A stretch of DNA of 61,341 nt, the filler included. It is 3 parts of 3 records of this genome, joined end to end, with 100 filler letters (N's around TTAATTAATTAA, not from the genome) between each part and the next. Parts side by side here need not be neighbours in the genome. Positions count along the whole stretch, not along the records: positions 30,622 to 61,341 come from SRR20825006_577; 2 more parts are not named here. The stretch is one strand, 5' to 3'. Shown here in pieces: positions 57,007 through 61,341 of the stretch (its first letter is position 1; every line of letters starts with the position of its first letter). A program made the translations under genes and the position numbers. Below the pieces are notes generated by a model. The model searched no databases and had not been told where the DNA came from. It was given only the letters and a program-made list of their open reading frames with translations.

Positions 57007-57890
57007 TCGTCCTGCTGGTGCTGCTGGCCGCGTTGGGCTGGTGGCTGTGGCCCGGTGGCGGGCTGGGGCAGATCGGTCAGATGGCGGCGGGCTATCAAAG
57101 ATCCTTTCAGAACGAGATGGCCCTGACCCTGCGCGCCACCAAGGCGGGCAACGCGGGCGCGTTCTGGACGCTGCTGGGGGTGTGTTTCGCCTACGGGTTC
57201 TTTCATGCAGTGGGTCCGGGGCACGGCAAGGTGCTGATCGGCGGTTATGGGCTGGGGCGTCGAGTGACAGTTTGGCGGCTGGGCATGATTGCGCTGCTGT
57301 CGTCGCTGGGTCAGGCGGTGACAGCAATTGTGCTGGTGCAGGGCGGGCTGTGGCTGTTTGCACTGACCCGCGAACAGATGGTGGGGACGGCCGAGGATAT
57401 CATGGCCCCTGTCAGCTATGGGGCGATTGTGTTGATCGGACTGTGGTTGCTGGGGCGTGGTGCGCGGCGGATGCTGCGGCGTCCTGTGGGGCATGACCAT
57501 GACCACAGCCATGACGACGGCACCTGCAGCCATTGCGGGCACCGACACGCCCCCGGCGTCGAGGAGGTCGCAGGCCTGACATCGCTGCGCGAGGCGCTGC
57601 TGTTGATTGCAGGTGTGGCAATCCGACCCTGCACGGGGGCGCTGTTCGTGCTGGTGATCACGCATGGCATGGGCATTGCAGGCGCGGGCATCGCAGGTGT
57701 CTTTGCGATGGCGGTTGGCACGGCGGTTGTCACGGTCGCCGTGGGCACAGGTGCCATTGGCCTGCGCAGCGGCCTTTTGGGCAGCGCGGCAGGTGGGCCA
57801 TGGGCCACGCACCTCTTGCCCTTGGTCGAGATTGCCGCCGGTGCGCTGGTGGTCGCAGGCGCGGGCGGATCGCTCTTGCGGGCAGTCTGA
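56991..57890 (+). CDS. Nickel/cobalt transporter (RcnA/NicO-like)
   Basis: YGFFHAVGPGHGK, His-rich loop with CSHCGHRH, and IRPCTGA. Confidence 0.9.
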   Translation: MRAPLIVLLVLLAALGWWLWPGGGLGQIGQMAAGYQRSFQNEMALTLRATKAGNAGAFWTLLGVCFAYGFFHAVGPGHGKVLIGGYGLGRRVTVWRLGMIALLSSLGQAVTAIVLVQGGLWLFALTREQMVGTAEDIMAPVSYGAIVLIGLWLLGRGARRMLRRPVGHDHDHSHDDGTCSHCGHRHAPGVEEVAGLTSLREALLLIAGVAIRPCTGALFVLVITHGMGIAGAGIAGVFAMAVGTAVVTVAVGTGAIGLRSGLLGSAAGGPWATHLLPLVEIAAGALVVAGAGGSLLRAV

Positions 57891-58050
57891 CGCGCATTCT
57901 GCCTTGCGTGTAACAATTCGTTAGAATCCAGCAAACATCCCGAAAAAGTTGACCGCGAGTGTGCAGCCAGCATGATTTGCGAGGAGGATTCGCAGGTCAC
58001 GCGAAAAAGGCCTGTCGCGACAACGTCGGCGGGTTCGGGAGGAGAACACA

Positions 58051-60021
58051 TTGACCAAGACGCTGGAAGGCGCCGAAGGACTGCGGTCCGTACCGGCGTT
58101 GCTGCATCGCAATGCGACCCAGTTCGCAGATGCCCCCGCCTATCGTGAGAAAGAGTTTGGTATCTGGCAAAGCTGGACCTGGTCGCAGGCGCTTGAGGAA
58201 ATCGAGGCGCTGGCGCTGGGGATGATCGACCTGGGCGTGGCCGAGGGCGATTTTGTCGCCGTGATCGGACGCAACCGGCCCCGGCTGTACTGGGCAATGA
58301 TGTCGGCGCAGATGTGCGGTGCGATTCCGGTGCCCCTGTACAACGACGCTGCGGCAGAAGAGATGGCCTATACCCTTGGGCACTGCGGCGCGAAATACGT
58401 GGTCGCGGGTGATCAGGAACAGGTCGACAAGGTCATGGAAATCCAGGACCAGTTGCCGCAATTCGAAGAGATGATCTATCTCGACCCGCGCGGCTTGCGG
58501 AAGTACGACCACGAAAAGCTGCGGTCCTACGAGCAGATCCAGCACAACGGTCGCGCCAAGCGCGAGATGCTGATCGCCGAGATGAACGCCCGCATTGCCA
58601 AGCTGGACTACGACAGCACCGCCGTGATGCTGTACACCTCCGGCACCACCGGCAACCCCAAGGGCGTGGTGCTGAGCAACCGCAACGTGATCGAAACCTC
58701 GCGCACCAGTTCCGAGTTCGACGGACTGCGCCAGACAGACGATATCCTGGCCTATCTGCCGATGGCATGGGTCGGCGATTTCATCTTTTCGGTCGGACAG
58801 GCGCTGTGGACGGGCTATTGCACCAACTGCCCCGAAAGCCCCGAGACGATGATGACCGACCTGCGCGAGATCGGGCCGACCTATTATTTTGCCCCGCCGC
58901 GCGTGTTTGAAAACCAGCTGACAAACGTGATGATCCGTATGGAGGATGCCAGCCCGCTGAAAAAGCGCATGTTCGATCACTTCATGGCCCATGCGCGCAA
59001 GGTCGGGCCGGATTTGCTGGACGGGAAACCCGTGGGCCTGATGGACCGGCTGAAATACAAGCTGGGCGATCTGCTGGTATATGGCCCGTTGAAAAACACG
59101 CTGGGCTTTACCCGCGTGCGCGTGGGCTACACCGCAGGTGAGGCGATCGGGCCGGAAATCTTTGATTTCTACCGCTCGCTGGGGATCAACCTGAAACAGC
59201 TTTACGGTCAGACCGAAGCCACGGTCTACATCACAGCACAGCCGGACGGACAGGTGCGCAGTGACACGGTGGGCGTGGTCTGTCCCGGAGTTGAGCTGAA
59301 GATCAACGACACCGGCGAGGTCTATTACCGCTCGCCGGGCGTGTTCGTCGAATACTACAAGAACCCCGAAAGCACTGCCGACACCAAGGACGCCGAAGGT
59401 TGGGTTGCCACGGGCGACGCGGGCTTTATCGAACCTGACACGGGCCATTTGCGCATCATCGACCGCGCCAAGGACGTGGGCAAGATGGCGGACGGGTCGC
59501 TGTTCGCGCCGAAATACGTCGAGAACAAGCTGAAGTTCTATCCCAACATTCTGGAAGCCGTCGTGTTCGGCAACGGGCGTGATGAATGCACGGCGTTCAT
59601 CAACATCGACCTGACGGCGGTCAGCAACTGGGCCGAGCGCAACAACATCGCCTATGCGTCCTATCAGGAGCTTGCAGGACACCCGCAGGTGCTGGCCACG
59701 ATCCAAAGCCACGTGGAAGCGGTCAACCGCTCGGTCGCCGAGGACGAGATGCTGTCGGGCTGTCAGGTCCATCGTTTTGTCGTGTTGCACAAGGAACTGG
59801 ACGCCGACGACGGCGAACTGACCCGCACCCGCAAGGTGCGCCGCAAGAAGATCGAGGAGAAATTCCACGACATCATCACGGCGCTTTATGACGGATCCGA
59901 GCATATCAGCACGGTGACCGAAGTGACCTATGAGGATGGCCGCAAGGGCGCGATCAAGGCGACCTTGGAGATCCGTCATGCGATGGTCCAGCCTGTCGCC
60001 ACGCGGATGGCGGCGGAATGA
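58051..60021 (+). CDS. Long-chain acyl-CoA synthetase (AMP-binding)
   Basis: GGAGGAG RBS with TTG start; YTSGTTGNPKG, YGQTE, TGDAG and IDRAKD. Confidence 0.93.
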   Translation: MTKTLEGAEGLRSVPALLHRNATQFADAPAYREKEFGIWQSWTWSQALEEIEALALGMIDLGVAEGDFVAVIGRNRPRLYWAMMSAQMCGAIPVPLYNDAAAEEMAYTLGHCGAKYVVAGDQEQVDKVMEIQDQLPQFEEMIYLDPRGLRKYDHEKLRSYEQIQHNGRAKREMLIAEMNARIAKLDYDSTAVMLYTSGTTGNPKGVVLSNRNVIETSRTSSEFDGLRQTDDILAYLPMAWVGDFIFSVGQALWTGYCTNCPESPETMMTDLREIGPTYYFAPPRVFENQLTNVMIRMEDASPLKKRMFDHFMAHARKVGPDLLDGKPVGLMDRLKYKLGDLLVYGPLKNTLGFTRVRVGYTAGEAIGPEIFDFYRSLGINLKQLYGQTEATVYITAQPDGQVRSDTVGVVCPGVELKINDTGEVYYRSPGVFVEYYKNPESTADTKDAEGWVATGDAGFIEPDTGHLRIIDRAKDVGKMADGSLFAPKYVENKLKFYPNILEAVVFGNGRDECTAFINIDLTAVSNWAERNNIAYASYQELAGHPQVLATIQSHVEAVNRSVAEDEMLSGCQVHRFVVLHKELDADDGELTRTRKVRRKKIEEKFHDIITALYDGSEHISTVTEVTYEDGRKGAIKATLEIRHAMVQPVATRMAAE

Positions 60022-60059
60022 TGGGGTTTGCATCTGTGGGCCTTGAGGCCGTGGCAAGC

Positions 60060-60095
60060 CGACCCTCCGGGGGTGATTTTTTTGAACCAGAGAAG
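60060..60095 (+). repeat. Intergenic repeat family B, second copy
   Basis: 29/36 identity to 32587-32622. Confidence 0.6.
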
Positions 60096-60109
60096 CAGGG
60101 GGACGTGTG

Positions 60110-60928
60110 ATGCTGGATCAGGCAGAGGGTTACACAACCGCAGACGGGCGCAAGATTGGCCCCGTGGTGATGGAGATGAAGAACATCACCCTGCGCTTTG
60201 GCGGCGTCGAGGCAATCAAGGACATCTCGTTTGATATCCGCGAGGGCGAGATCCGGGCGATCATCGGGCCGAACGGGGCCGGTAAATCGTCGATGCTGAA
60301 CGTGATCTCGGGCTTTTACGTGCCGCAAGAGGGGCAGGTGTTCTATCAGGGCCAGCCGCGTCCGCCGATGAAGCCGTTTCAGGTGGCGCGGCAAGGGATT
60401 GCACGGACGTTCCAGAACATTGCGCTTTTCGAGGGCATGAGCGTGCTGGACAACGTGATGACGGGCCGTTTGACGCACATGCAGACCGGCCTGTTCTGGC
60501 AGTCGATGTGGAAGGGCAAGGCCGAGCAAGAAGAGACCGCCAACCGCGAAGTTGCCGAGAAGATCATCGACTTTCTCGAAATTCAGGCGATCCGCAAGAC
60601 GCCGGTGGCGCGTCTGCCTTATGGTCTGAAAAAGCGGGTCGAACTGGCGCGGGCGCTGGCGGCCGAGCCGTCGTTGCTGCTGCTGGACGAGCCTATGGCG
60701 GGCATGAACGTCGAGGAAAAAGAGGACATGAGCCGCTTTATCCTGGATGTGAACGATGAATTCGGCACCACGATCGCCCTGATCGAACATGACATGGGCG
60801 TGGTGATGGACCTGAGCGACCGCGTGGTCGTAATGGATTACGGCAAGAAAATCGGCGACGGCACCCCGGACGAGGTGCGCAACAATCAGGACGTGATCGA
60901 CGCCTATCTGGGGGTGGCTCATGACTGA
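60110..60928 (+). CDS. ABC transporter ATP-binding protein (LivG-like)
   Basis: GPNGAGKS, RTFQN, LPYG, LLDEPMAG and IEHDM. Start 60107 or 60110. Confidence 0.93.
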   Translation: MLDQAEGYTTADGRKIGPVVMEMKNITLRFGGVEAIKDISFDIREGEIRAIIGPNGAGKSSMLNVISGFYVPQEGQVFYQGQPRPPMKPFQVARQGIARTFQNIALFEGMSVLDNVMTGRLTHMQTGLFWQSMWKGKAEQEETANREVAEKIIDFLEIQAIRKTPVARLPYGLKKRVELARALAAEPSLLLLDEPMAGMNVEEKEDMSRFILDVNDEFGTTIALIEHDMGVVMDLSDRVVVMDYGKKIGDGTPDEVRNNQDVIDAYLGVAHD

Positions 60929-60960
60929 TGCAGAGATTTGGAATGTGAAGGAACTGCGCG

Positions 60961-61341
60961 ATGTCTGAGGCTTTTCTCTATACGGTCGAGGTGTTCCTGA
61001 ACGGGCTGATGGCGGGTGTTCTCTATGCGCTGGTCGCGCTGGGCTTTGTGTTGATTTACAAGGCGTCAGGTATTTTCAACTTTGCCCAAGGGGTCATGGC
61101 GCTGTTTGCGGCGATGACGCTGGTGGGCTTTCAGAACGGACAGGTGCCGTTCGCGCATCTGATCAACGCAACCTTCGGGCTACATGTCACCAACTTTGGT
61201 TGGAACCTGCATTCGGTTGTTGCGGTGTTCCTGACCGTGCTGGTGATGATCTTTCTGGCATGGGCCGTGCAGCGGTTCGTGTTCCGGCATCTGGTGGGCC
61301 AAGAACCGATTATCCTGTTCATGGCGACCATCGGTCTGGCC
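60961..61341 (+). CDS. Branched-chain-type ABC permease (LivH-like), truncated by window edge
   Basis: Not in track. Manual translation MSEAFLYTVEVFLNGLMAGVLYALVALGFVLIYKASGIFNFAQG...; AAGGA RBS. Confidence 0.9.
   Translation, partial: MSEAFLYTVEVFLNGLMAGVLYALVALGFVLIYKASGIFNFAQGVMALFAAMTLVGFQNGQVPFAHLINATFGLHVTNFGWNLHSVVAVFLTVLVMIFLAWAVQRFVFRHLVGQEPIILFMATIGLA

Noticed and set aside
56263..57363. N-terminal 367 aa of the 1000-aa kinase ORF
   Set aside because: Antisense to DUF1007 and the Ni/Co transporter; the RBS-supported start is GTG 56262.
50910..60057. Long alternative-frame ORFs (e.g. 50910..52943, 54418..56289, 57997..60057)
   Set aside because: Antisense shadows of well-supported genes, expected in high-GC DNA.
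1..61341. CRISPR array, IS transposase, prophage, rRNA or known defence system
   Set aside because: No regularly spaced repeats or hallmark proteins recognised.

Overview
The window is three unrelated contigs joined by 100-nt artificial spacers (N44-TTAATTAATTAA-N44 at 24484-24583 and 30522-30621). Contig 1 (1-24483) has a Rhizobiales-type gene set: GH4 alpha-galactosidase with an AraC regulator, a TRAP transporter, a PLP aminotransferase, an SLC5-fused hybrid kinase, DUF475 with a structured 5' leader, tRNA-Gly(CCC), a GGDEF-EAL protein, a GT2 glycosyltransferase, TerB, an S24 regulator, a LuxR response regulator, DUF952-pyrD and a truncated Lhr-like helicase. Contig 2 (24584-30521) is Rhodobacteraceae-like: a tRNA fragment, an Fe3+ ABC permease, GapR, hypotheticals and the ureG 3' end. 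Contig 3 (30622-61341) is GC-rich and Rhodobacteraceae-like: uraH, an NCS2 permease, mutL-rmuC, rpoE-chrR with the divergent furan-fatty-acid (RSP1091-1087-type) operon, GST, an MFS pump with a SoxR-type promoter, fdhF, hscC with an atypical J-domain partner, a carbamoylase, a two-component pair, DUF1007 with a Ni/Co transporter, and an acyl-CoA ligase/ABC operon. Most of it is ordinary chromosome. No CRISPR array, transposase, integrase or prophage is visible, and no new system can be demonstrated from sequence alone. The best leads are an AT-rich ORFan boxed by repeated hairpins (42.8-43.5 kb), the candidate cis-regulatory RNA upstream of DUF475, an MshEN-like GT2 beside a c-di-GMP enzyme, the HPD-less J protein coupled to HscC, and an orphan SoxR-type promoter. 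Family calls are by motif recognition; no database searches were run.
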